Below, piece after piece: positions 39,201-51,900 of a DNA stretch of 64,000 nucleotides. This DNA is from Mytilus trossulus (taxonomy: Eukaryota), in assembly GCF_036588685.1 (NCBI RefSeq), contig NC_086376.1:15872001-15936000 (forward strand), read 5' to 3'. The notes under the pieces are model-generated. The model was not told where the DNA came from. It was given only the letters and a program-made list of their open reading frames with translations, and did not search any database. Position 1 is the first letter of the stretch. Every line of letters starts with the position of its first letter. Both the position numbers and the translations under genes were made by a program.

Positions 39201-42200
39201 ACAGGTCAGTTATCTCCCCTTACCCTGGACAAGAACAAATCATGATAAGTTACCAGTGGAGTAACCAGAAAACTATACTACAGGTCAGTTATCTCCCCTT
39301 ACCCTGAACAAGAACATATCATGATAAGTTACCAGTGGAGTAACCAGAAAACTATACTTCAGGTCAGTTATCTCCCCTTACCCTGAACAAGAACATATCA
39401 AGATAAGTTACCAGTGGAGTAACCAGAAAACTATACTACAGGTCAGTTATCTCCCCTTACCCTGGACAAAAACTTATCATGATTAGTTACCAGTGGAGTA
39501 ACCAGAAAACTATACTTCAGGTCAGTTATCTCCCCTTACCCCTGAACAAGAACATATCATGATAAATTACCAGTGAAGTAACCAAAAAACTATACTCCAG
39601 ATCAGTTATCTCCTCTTACAAGAACATATCATGATAAGTTAGTTACCAGTGGAGTAACCAGAAAACTATACTTCAGGTCAGTTACCTCCCCTTACCCTGA
39701 ACAAGAACATATCATGATAAGTTACCAATGGAGTAACCAGAAAACTATACTTCAGGTCAGTTATCTCCCCTTACCCTGAACCAGAACATATCATGATAAG
39801 TTACCAGTGGAGTGACCAGAAAACTATACTACAGGTCAGTTATCTCCTCTTACAAGAACATATCATGATAAGTTACCAGTGGAGTAACCAAAAAACTATA
39901 CTCCAGGTCAGTTATCTCCTCTTACAAGAACATATCATGATAAGTTAGTTACCAGTGGAGTAACCAGAAAACTATACTTCAGGTCAGTTACCTCCCCTTA
40001 CCCTGAACAAGAACATATCATGATAAGTTACCAATGGAGTAACCAGAAAACTATACTTCATGTCAGTTATCTCCCCTTACCCTGAACAAAAACATATCAT
40101 GATAAGTTACCAGTGGAGTAACCAGAAAACTATACTTCAGGTCAGTTACCTCCCCTTACCCTGAACAAGAACATATCATGATAAGTTACCAGTGGAGTAA
40201 CCAGAAAACTATACTTCAGATCAGTTACCTCCCCTTACCCTGAACAAGAACATATCATGATAAGTTACCAATGGAGTAACCAGAAAACTATACTTCAGGT
40301 CAGTTATCTCCCCTTACCCTGGACAAGAACATATCATGATAAGTTACTAGTGGAGTAACCGGAAAACTATACTTCAGGTCAGTTATCTCCCCTTACCCTG
40401 GACAAAAACAAATCATGATAAGTTACCAGTGGAGTAACCAGAAAACTATACTTCAGGTCAGTTATCTCCCCTTACCCCTGAACAAGAACAAATCATGATA
40501 AGTTACCAGTGGAGTAACCAGAAAACTATACTACAGGTCAGTTATCTCCCCTTACCCTGGACAAAAACAAATCATGATAAGTTACCAGTGGAGTAACCAG
40601 AAAACTATACTTCAGGTCAGTTATCTCCCCTTACCCCTGAACAAGAACGTATCATGATAAGTTACCAATGGAGTAACCAGAAAACTATACTTCAGGTCAG
40701 TTATCTCCCCTTACCCCTGAACAAGAACATATCATGATAAGTTACCAGTGGAGTAACCAGAAAACTATACTACAGGTCAGTTATCTCCCCTTACCCTGAA
40801 CAAGAACATATCATGATAAGTTACCAATGGAGTAACCAGAAAACTATACTTCAGGTCAGTTATCTCCCCTTACCCTGAACAAAAACATATCATGATAAGT
40901 TACCAGTGGAGTAACCAGAAAACTATACTTCAGGTCAGTTATCTCCCCTTACCCTGAACAAGAACATATCATGATATGTATTTTGATATTTCGGAAGTTT
41001 ATATAATATATGTGTTTTAGAGAATGAAAAATTTTGCATTTGTCAAAACAAGAACATATCATGATAAGTTACCAGTGGAATAATTCATGACATTAATTGT
41101 TTTACAGATAAAGGATAAATTAAGACAAAACAATTTCCCAGTATGGATAGATGTAGATTTCATGGAAGGATCTATGCTTCAGATGATGGCTTCAGCTATA
41201 GAAAAGGCATCAGTGGTGTTAATTTGTTATTCAGAAAAATACAAGGACAGTAAAAACTGCAGAACAGGTTTGATAGAAAATTTTCTGTTATTTGATAAAA
41301 AATAGTAATGAAATAATATTGATAATCTTAATTTAAGGGTATAATCTAGCACATGATGACTAATTTAGTTGGTAACCTTTTTCAAGGGTGCCCACTCGTA
41401 CCAATTAAATATTGCAAAACATAGATCATTAATACGAAATACTGCATTTGATTACTTGAAAAAATTGACCTGGACTTTCAAGTCCTCAAAATATTGGATA
41501 CCATTCTAATCAAACGCACCATTATTATTTTTTTGTAAACTATTTAACTAAAGTGGCATATTTGAGATCTTAACAAAATTTTAAAACTTGTTGATCAAAC
41601 ATGTAAAGTAGCATACCCATTTGGAACAACATTCCTAATGCGCCTCGAAATGAAGAACTCAAAAGTCATGTGTAAAGAAAAAATCTCTGTGTAGTGATAT
41701 TGGACATGTATCTATTTTACAAATGACTGAGCTTAACCATTTGTGGTGATTAGGAAAGTAGAGGAACATAGAATAAATGTGTAAAAACTATGGAGCTATT
41801 AATTTACCAAATGGAGCCACATCATAAAAGGATGTTCGGGGTATGCCAATTTACGGGAAAAGTAATCTCACTTCATATGTATAATAGCTATGCAGATTAA
41901 AACAAGTAAAGTAGACTGTTGATATTCCATGTATCATATTTTTTGTTTTGTAGAGGCAGAGTATGCTTTTGCCCGAGACAAAATGATAATTCCTGTCTTA
42001 TTACAAAACCGATACAGACCTGATGGCTGGCTGGGTATTCTTATTGGATCGAAGAAATTCTATGATTTTAGTGGCAAATATGATTTTGAGAAAAAGTTTC
42101 AGGAATTGAAAGGTGAATTAGAAGGCCAGTTGTTACAAAAGGTATATTTTTATATCATATTGAGGTTACTTGAGACCATATACATATAACAGCAAAAAGA

Positions 42201-44976
42201 TATAAGGGAGAAATAAAAAAATAAAAAGTTTTGAACCTTGAAATTGTCATTGTATACTATATATAAAAAGCAGTTGTACATTCTATGACAGTAACAAATT
42301 TATAAATTACAACCAAGCAGGAATAACTTATGACCTAAGTACTATAAGATATAGTTTTATTAACTCACCTGGCCTGAAGGGCCAAGTGAGCTTTTCTCAT
42401 CACTTGGCGTCCGTTGTCCGTCGTCGTTAACTTTTTACATTTTGAACTTCTTCTAGAGAACCACTGAATGGAATGAAATCAAACAAGGCATGAATGTTCC
42501 TTATGAGGTGCTGACCAAGTGTTGTTACTTTGTAGCCTATCCATCATCCAAGATGGCCGCCAGCGGGGGACTTAGTTTAAAATAGGACCCTATGGGAAAT
42601 GCATACAAATGACTTCTTTTAGAGAACCACTTAATGGAATGAAACCAAACATGGCACAAATGTTCCTTATAAGGTGCTGACCAAGTGTTGTTACTTTGTA
42701 GCTGATCCATTATCCAAGATGGCCACCAGCTAGGGACACATTTTAACATTGGACCCTATGGGAAATGCATACAAATGACTTCCTTTAGAGAACAACTGAA
42801 TGGAATGAAACCAAACATGGCAAGAATGTTCCTTATGAGGTGCTGACCAAGTGTTGTTACTTTGTAGCTGATCCATCATCAAAGATGCCTGCCAGCAGGG
42901 GACTTAGTTTAACATAGGACCCTATAAGAAATACAAACAAATTTCTACTTTTAGAGAAACACTGAATGGAATGAACTCAAACATAGCATGAATGTTCCTT
43001 ATGACATGCTGACCAAGTGTTGTTACTTTGTAGCCAATCCATCAACCAATGTGGCTTCCAGCAGGGGGCTTGGTTTAACATAGGACCCTATGGGAAAGAC
43101 ATACAAATGTCTTCTTTTAGAGAACCACTGAATTGAATGAAAGCAAACATAGCATAAATGTTCCTTTCTTAATGAGGTGCTGTTCAAGTGTTGTTTCTTT
43201 GTAGTCAAATTTTATCTTTTTATTTAATTTCAAAACCCCAAGTAGAATCAGGTGAGTGATACAGGCTCTTGAGAGCCTCTAGTTGCAAATCTTGTACAAA
43301 AATGCTCATGTATTTTATATATATATTTTACTCTTATATTAATCATATGTAATTGTCTCATATCTTTTAGGCTAATGCTGCTAAGACAGGAGAAGCTTAA
43401 CATCTAATACATATATATTTCTAAAGATTGGTGATGGTTGGTTGTTTTCTTTAAACTCTTGGCATGTTTAACCCCACTGCCTTTTTGTGCCTGTCAGAAT
43501 TTTAATTCATCTACATGTTTTGAAGTTTTGTTTGGTGTCCATTTTCACTGAACTAATACACAATTTTCTTTAGGGGCCAGCTGAATCAAGCCTCCTAGTT
43601 GGGGATTTTATCACTGTGTTGAAGACACATTGGTGGCCTTCAGCTGTTGTCTGCTCTTTAGTCTAGTTGTTGTCTATTTGACACATTCCCCATTTCTTTT
43701 CTCAATTTCAAACTGTTGGAAAAAATATATTTAGCATTATGTTAACATTTATGAATTACAGAAAAGACAGCCTGCAATGATGAAGGATTTAGTGAATCAA
43801 GCTGTTAATAGTGAACATGCAGATGTGGAGAAAGAAATTGGTGTATTAAGTTGGACAAAACAGGACTTACAAAACTGGTTAAAACAAAATCAATTAGAAT
43901 CGTAAGTTACCTATGTAAATCTATTTGGATGGAGAGTTTTCTCATTGGCACTCATACAACATTTCTCTTTTACATTGATCAAAATAAATATGTTTTAGAA
44001 GTGCAGGTTTTCTTTGAATTTATCAAAAGTAAAAATAACAGGAATTTTATGTACTTCTGAAATTTTGATAATTGAGCAAATTTTGGATTACCCTATACTG
44101 CATAAATATTAAGTGCATTATCATTTAGTCAAAGTTATTCATTTTAAAAATCACACAACATAACTACCAGTACTAATTTTTGTCATATGTTTTATTTCTT
44201 AGGTTTTCTGGCCTTCATTCGCTGACCGGTGAACAAATTGGATTCTTGTACAAATTATTTAGAAGGGTAAGCTATATAAAAACATACAGTATAGTCACTT
44301 TATAGGTAATGTAGAAAGGTGAGATATATAAAATTTACGGTATAAATTATTTAGAAGTGTAAGGACTTATGTCCATTCTTCAAAAATTCTAAAAATAAAT
44401 GCATGCAATAATTTCTGAATAAACAACAGATAAAATCTAAGCCACTAAACAGAACAATAATAACAAACAAACAAAAAATGAAAAATAAATGACCTGTAAT
44501 TTGTAGTTTTAACAACATTTTAGACAAAAATGTGTACTGTACATATTTTTTACTGTAATGTTTACATTTATATCATTGTTGTCACTTTGTAAACACTTTA
44601 ATGTTTGTTTCACTTATTGATCACAAGTTTCTTGGAACAAGGGAACTGTTAGCCTGTCACACATGTGATCTCTCTTTGTCCTGAACATGCATGCAATATT
44701 TGCCACTGGACATTAGGCAACCAACATCTCTTGTTTAATTTTTATTAACTAGTAACAGGAAAAAAGATAGTACAGTCATTATCAATTCTCTGTTACAACA
44801 TTCATGAATTTTTAGTGAAATCTTTAATTTTTTTATTTATACAGGCTCCAGATTTTTTCTACAAATGTTTGGAAGAAAAACTTGGATTGAAGTCTTTAGA
44901 AGATCTGATGAAATTTGACAAAGCTTTAGAAAAACTAAGCAGAGATCATCCAGATATTAACCAACTTCTTTTATGA
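27211..44976 (+). CDS. Intracellular helical/ARM-like - TIR - SAM domain protein (~708 aa, 11 coding exons)
   Basis: Exons 27211-27665, 28286-28541, 28808-28976, 29560-29906, 30600-30702, 31328-31440, 41108-41267, 41954-42141, 43762-43901, 44203-44266, 44845-44976; all introns GT-AG and phase-compatible, total 2127 nt. ARM-like helices (LIEGLAGLAKNDENK, AVRAVWELSFVEKNK); TIR_2 (HIMISYQW...VWIDVD...AIEKASVVLICYSEKYKDSKNCRTEAEYA...IIPVLL...DGWLG); SAM-like (VLSWTKQDLQNWLKQNQL). Confidence 0.88.
31381..40976 (+). repeat. Tandem array of ~120 copies of a ~79-bp exon/intron-junction unit, with higher-order structure
   Basis: Unit CCTGAACAAGAACATATCATGATAAGTTACCAGTGGAGTAACCAGAAAACTATACTTCAG|GTCAGTTATCTCCCCTTAC; the first copy is the real 3' end of coding exon 6. 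Length variants: +1, -7 and +4 bp. Confidence 0.98.
42362..43283. mobile_element. Helentron-associated / pearl(CvA)-like non-autonomous element with ~165-bp internal tandem repeats (about 4.5 copies), in a TIR-gene intron
   Basis: Subterminal inverted repeat ctcacctg...caggtgag, 5' cgtccgtcgtc microsatellite, 3' hairpin aggctcttgagagcct; repeats start at ~42458, 42623, 42789, 42955 and 43121. Confidence 0.75.
43371..43400 (+). CDS. Candidate alternative terminal exon (ANAAKTGEA*) giving a SAM-less isoform
   Basis: Acceptor tctcatatcttttag, phase 0 compatible with the donor at 42142, non-AT-rich codons then TAA. Confidence 0.4.
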   Translation, partial: ANAAKTGEA

Positions 44977-45910
44977 TGAAATGAAACGAATAATCAACAG
45001 CTGCTGTTTCATTCTAAAAGGGACATTTACTACTTTTGAGCACTTACTAAAGAAGGACAGAGTTAGGCTTTTAAGCCACTGGTTTATCTTCAGTAATTGG
45101 CTTATCCATGACAATGTATAACTGCGCAAACACAAGTTGCCATTGATTTAAGTTTTGTCTTTCTTGAGTAAATCTACGATGATATTGTCTTTCTGTATTG
45201 GTGTTATCAATCTGTATGGACTCTGTAATGTTTTTTTTTATGTTTTATGCAAGTTTATATTTTTACTAGACACAGGCTGTTAACAATCCTTAACCAATCA
45301 AAATTAATTAGAAGTGTTACAATTCACCCAAAATGCACTGAATTACAATAATTATAATCAAATGTACATACAGGAATTAAATATGTCTTGATATAAAAAA
45401 CAACCAAATAGCTGCTATCATTTCTTGTGTGAAAAAAGTTCAAAGAAAAGAAAATCACATATCTGTAAATCAAATCAAATAATTTTATTGGTGTAAATTC
45501 CTATACAGAAATGATACCAGCCGACATTTACAAAATACAGATACAAATACAAAAATAAACAAACAAACAGACAAAAGCAAAAAAAAAAAAAAAAACATAT
45601 TTTCTCAATGATAAGAGATACATATTTTATATTTACATTGCGTGGAGGTGTTATTCATACAAAATTATTAATTCAAGCTATTAACAATTAGCTTTAATAC
45701 TATAAAAGTTCTTAACAACATTATGTTTGCTTTAAATGAATGTTCAAATCATACATATCGCTTATTCCAGCTACACTTACAGTACTAATGTCTGTATCAT
45801 TACTTTTCAAAATGAAACTAAACTTATCTTGTTCACACATATTAGCAAAAGATGGAACTATATCTGTATCTTCACTCCTTTGATGTTTATATCAAAATGG
45901 TGTATATTAA

Positions 45911-48900
45911 ATGGACATCTATGAGAAAACCATGCAGATGGTGCTCCATGCAAAGTTGTTTGATTTTGATAAAACTTTGCTAACATGTTCAGATTGACCT
46001 TATATGAAAGTCATGGAAGTTTGAAGCCCTTACACTGCTGGTAACCATGGCAACGATAGGGATTTAGGGTATTTCCCAGTTTATTTATAGATGCATTTAC
46101 TGAAATGCATAGATTTCATGGATTTCTCAAATAGAAATAAATACTATAATACTTCTGAGTGTTTAAATACTTTAATATCACAGATAGGATGTGTATGAAG
46201 TATAAATCACATAATTTTATTAAACATAATGATATATATAGAAAATAAGGGCGTGGCAAAACACATAAAGTGATAAAAAATATGGCCTTTTCATCAAATC
46301 ACACTAAAATAGACACTACAGCCCAAAAGTCGCTTTAATTTACCCTAAATTTCAGACATACATTGCATTTTCTTTGGTTCAAAATATTTTGAAGGGATTT
46401 CGGTTGCAAATTAATTTTATAGATTTTATTGATCATTTAGATAGCCTCCCCCCTTTTTTTTGGGTATTTTTGCAATAAATTGAGGAAAGTCTCATATTTC
46501 AATTAAACCAAGCATTCAAAAATAAATACTTGAATTATACAGATTGTATTATGCAAAATAGGTAATTCAAATAGAAAATTCAAAGTGAAATGGATTTTTG
46601 TGTCACAAACAATAGTAAGCATCAGGCTTAAAACAGGGGGGAGCTGCCAAAGACAAATTCTTTTTGGTATTTTTTTTATTCCAAATTCCTTCAGTACACT
46701 TGTCCTTATTACTTTAAAGAGTAAAATCCTTTCATTTCTTCCTAGTAATCCTATTTTGGTTATTGCAGCCTGCTAATTACTAAAGTTTTATTCTGGTTAC
46801 TCAAAAATGATATGAAATTTAATGTCAAGTTCATCATATTAAAAAATCTTAAGTATTGACATTCAGAATATGTGTTCTACAGGTAAACAAGATAAGACAG
46901 TTGCAACCTTTTACTTGCATGCTGTTAACAATATAAGTCATTTTGATCATGAGTACCTGAGACAGTGATGATAAAATCTGAATTTCTATTGTACAAAGGG
47001 AGATAATCCAATAAAAATGTCGTTTTTTTTAAACCTTAAAATTGCATGTACATATTTATTTAAACTAACATACGCTTCATCAATTTAATAAAATACAAAT
47101 ATATCTCTATTAGGTTATCTGGTGAGAAAGTTAATATTGCAGTTGAGCATATACTATTCGTTTGCTTTTGTTGTAGTACTGTCTTAAATTCTCCTCGAAA
47201 AATGTCTAAATTCCTTTTAGCATTGATATATTTATAAATATTTCAATCTGTTTAAATGATCAGAAATGTTATTTTATTTATACCATTAGTATTATATTTA
47301 ACAATCAATGTAGATGATACAATAACACAAAATGATGCTTAAATGCAAGAATAAAATTACTATAAACATACATAAAAGTTAATTCAAATTGACTTAGCAG
47401 CACAAGACAATTGTTGCATTAGGTATAAAATTTAGGGACATATTAAATTATTTCCATACTATCTGATAAAGATTTACATACATGTAACTACATGAACTAC
47501 GAAAGGTAATTTACTAACAATTCAATCAATAAAACTAGTTAGTCAATCTAAGTAACAAATTCTGACAAATGAAAATATTATAATGTTTATCAAATGGCCA
47601 AGTACAACCGTAATCTTCTTGATTGTCTTCAATATTGATGACCTTTTAATGCAGAAGTAATTTTCAGACTTCTTCTTTGCTGATGAGAAAGCCATTCTAA
47701 TGGTGAGACAGTGAGAACACTCTAAGTCCTTGCAAATGTCTCTCTCTTCTCATTTGTGTTGCAACTGTGTGTTGACTTGGTTGTTGGTAAGACTTCGGCG
47801 AGATTCACATTGCTGTTTATTTCTTTTTTCAAAGCATATCCATGAGTTCCATTTCAATTTATTTTTATTTGAGCTTGCAATTTTTTAACACCAACAGGAA
47901 AAATCAAAGACAGATCAGAGCCTTATTCAAGAATCCGTAATACTATCCAAGTTTTTCTTCATCATAAACATGTTTATCAACAAAAATGTGTCCCAGCAAT
48001 CAGTCTTGTTTCATGAACTCCAGTTATTTTTGGATCACCAAATGTCTAAAAAATAATAAGAAAACAATTGTTATCCATTAAATGATTGAAATTTCCTAAA
48101 AAAGAAATTAATTATTAACTTGGTCTTAGTGTAAATGTGTTTCGATTATCACAACTCTGACATTCCAGTACATAGAATAAGAAATAGAGTAAACTAGCTA
48201 AATAGCTGCAGCAAACTTAATTTTAATGAAGTTAACTTTGCAGATTTCATCTTGTATTTAATTAATGACATTATGACAACACAAAAATAGGGAGATGAGT
48301 ATTGAATACAAATGAGACAAATATACACAAAATATCAAATGAAATGAATGTAAGTCCCCTGTACAACCTTCAACAATGAGATTTAAACAGCTCAAGTACA
48401 TTACAACGCAGAGATTGCACCTTAATGAGGTTGGTGGTGTTTGTATACCAAATATAGTTGACTAATGCATAAAGTATTAGCCAAAATAGACCATAACTCA
48501 AAAACTTAACTTTGACCACTGAATCATAAAAATGAGGTCAAGGTCAGATGACACCTGTCAGCTAGACATGTACACCTTACAATCATTCCATACAACAAAT
48601 ATAGTAGACCTATTGCATATAGTATAAGAAAAACAGACCAAAACACAAAAACTTAACTATAACCACTGAACCATGAAAATGAGGTCAAGGTCAGATGACA
48701 CCTGCCAGTTGGCACCTTACAGTCCTTCCATACACTGAATATACTAGCCCTATTGCTTATAGTATCTCAGATATGGACTTGACCACCAAAACTTAACCTT
48801 GTTCACTGACCATGAAATGAGGTTGAGGTCAAGTGAAAACTGTATGATGGGCATGAGTACCTTGCAAGGTACCCACATACCAAATATAGTTATCCAATTA

Positions 48901-51900
48901 CTTATGATAAGAGAGAATTAAACAATACAAAAATTCTTAAATTTTTTTTCAAGTGGTCTCTGAACCATGAAAATGAGGTCAAGGACATTGGACATGTGAC
49001 CGATGGAAAGTTCGTAACATGAGGCATCTATATACAAAGTATGAAGCATCCAGGTCTTCTACCTTCTAAAATATAAAGCTTTTAAGAAGTTAGCTAACGC
49101 CGACGCCGGATCACTATCCCTATGTCAAGCTTTCTGCAACAAAAGGTGCAGGCTTGACAAAAAAATCAAACTAAGTTTAGTTCTGAATCCCTTATACCTT
49201 GATGTGGTTCAATTTAAAGCTTTTAAGACATGCCCGAAATTAGAAAAATACGACTACAATGCACTGTTTAATTTTGCATAATATCAAAGAACACCAATTA
49301 TTCCATTGTTTTATCAAATCAAGTTTAACTTTATTTAGATTTGAACATATTTTATTTGCTCAAAGCAAAAAAGCATCAGCCACAAGTAAAACATACTTAA
49401 AGTTTAACTTTGGACGCTTTTGACCCTATAGCTGATATGGATCATTTAAAAACAAGCCAAAACATTTGAAATTTGTAAAACAATAAGCATTGAAAACAAA
49501 TATATAATTTATTTTACAGCTAAATTCCAAAGGCATGTAAATCTAAGAATTTGGTTAGCTTGCATGGTTTGTTTGTATATTGTACAATTACAATTGGCAT
49601 AACGTCTAATCAAATTTAAAAGTGCTCTTCAAGAAGATATCAACATTAATTACAAAGCTTGAATTAATATATATACAACGGAGCAAGCAAACCTTCCAAA
49701 GTTTTACTCTACATGCAGTAGGAAAATAGCTGTAATAATGCTTAAAGTGCTTTTTCAAAAATGAAAAATACAAATGTAGTCTTCAGGTTTACAATATACA
49801 AATGTATGCATGTATACTATAAATGAGAATCTGTCAAGCTGACAAGAACATATATATTTTTTTCTAGGTTTAATTCTAATAAAGAAAACAATTTCAATAT
49901 GATGAGTAATGAAAATTTTGTTGTGTAAATTGTACTGATATGGCCTTTACATGCCTTAATTGATTATAAAATAAGAATTTGAGTGTTATGTGTGTTATTT
50001 TTACTTTTTGTTTACCAGATTCAACTTTTAAAATTGAAGGGTTAATCTTATTTCTGAACATTTATCATGTTTTTACAATAATAAATGTAACTGGTCAATT
50101 TCCAATTTCTATATATGATTATATTTCACAAATAATGCCACAACACAGGTCATATTTGCTGTCTATTTAGTAGTCTCTTGTTATGACTTGTTTGATTCAT
50201 TTTTTTATCAATTATATCATATATTTACCTATATGATCTCCTATCATACATGTATCTGCTTTCTTTTTTATATTTTTTTTTGCTTTTCCATCTTCAACAT
50301 TAACCTGTTGATAAGAAATAAAATATTGTATATTTGTGCATTTGCATGATCAGTACAGTGAGTTACATCTACATGTATATGTACATTGTAAATTGAGTTG
50401 GCTTTATAAAATAATGCATTGGATCATTGAAAAAAAGTTTTGTAGATATGATAATTAATCTGTGTAAATGTCATAAATGCTACGATATCAATCACACCAT
50501 CAAGTAATTCATTTCTTCAGTATTGTCATTTTGAATTTGTATTATCTGAGTAATCTGTAATGTTATAATCTCATGTTGCCCGTTCTGTGCCCTTTAATTT
50601 GGATTAGTTTGTAAGCATATTCTATTCTGATTCTATCTTATTAACTGATAGAAGTAAATACATGTACAAGTTCTTTTCCCATGTTTATAACTGTGATACA
50701 TGACCTTCACTTCGAAAATATAAAGAAAAAGATTCACAGTAACAAATATTTAGAGAGAAAAAAAACAAGCTCATAGTCTGTAAAACATGTTTTTGAGTTT
50801 GAGAACCATATATTGAATCAATCTAGTTGCATTGTACAAAGTAGTATCGGCGGAGGAATGAATAAAGAAAGGAAATTCACAACTCTTCCGGAGCTATATT
50901 GTGACTTGAACAGTGTTTTATCAAAACCTTACAAAAATCTTTAGGTAAGGGATAAAAATAATGGTAGGTAAGGGTAGTGCGGTTAACACACATACTTTTT
51001 AGTTGGCCTAAATGTACAGTAGTTTTCGTTATGTTTTTGTACATTAATTTGTACGTGTTTCTTGTTATTCCTTTTTAGACCATTGGTTTTCCTGTTCAAA
51101 GGGTTTTACACTAGTAATTTTGGGGTCCTTTATCATTTTTATTGCTTGTTGTTCCGTGTGAGGCAAGGCTCTGTATTGAAGGCCGTACATTGACCTATAA
51201 TGGTTTACTTTTATAAATTGTTATTTGGATGAATACATGTAGGCACTCATACCACATCTTCCTATATCTATCTACTGAATGTTTACTATTTCAATGGGTT
51301 ATATTTAAAAACAGGGATTTGAAGCAACCATTAATTTTGAATTAGGAGAAAAAAACCTGAGTCAACTGACTCTTATTGACAATTTGGAAAACAAACTCAG
51401 GGCGAAATTTGTAATCGAATATATCTTTTACCATGATTATGATAATTTTCAGAAGAATTCTAAATCATTATAAATGTATGTCAATGAAAATTAAATCAGT
51501 GTTTGCTTCCAGAAAATTATGTAAATAACACCCCCCCCCCCCTTTTTCTCCCAAAGACAAATGGTCAATGCTCTTCTTCCTATATTTATGAGTTGATGTG
51601 ATGTTTCTAAAGTAGGTCTTTTTATGGTGTCAAATTGCTTTTTCTAACCAAAAGAAATAAATAACAAACTTACCAGAACCAAATGAAACTGAAAGTTTTG
51701 CCTACGAATTTCCGTTGCTAGATTTGCAAGGGTCATGAAAGGATGACATCAACTCATTTTGTCTTCTTGTCCACTGCAATCCAACCTCTGTCCATGTTTG
51801 CAGCATATGCATTTAAAATTATGTTATGTGAGTCTGAAACCTAGACATGATTATCAGATAGTGAGTCTAGCCTCATGTCATGTCTAGACTATCTGATCAG

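Noticed and set aside
31381-40976. CRISPR array or repeat-protein CDS (ORFs 31762, 35362, 37440, 37755, 37996)
   Set aside because: No unique spacers, no cas genes, eukaryotic context. The unit length is not a multiple of 3 and stops are frequent, so the ORFs are by-products of the array.
46041-46054. Perfect RFX X-box-like GTAACCATGGCAAC as an IFT74 regulatory site
   Set aside because: It is 15 kb from the IFT74 start, downstream of the gene and inside a transposon end. No convincing X-box was seen near 60979.
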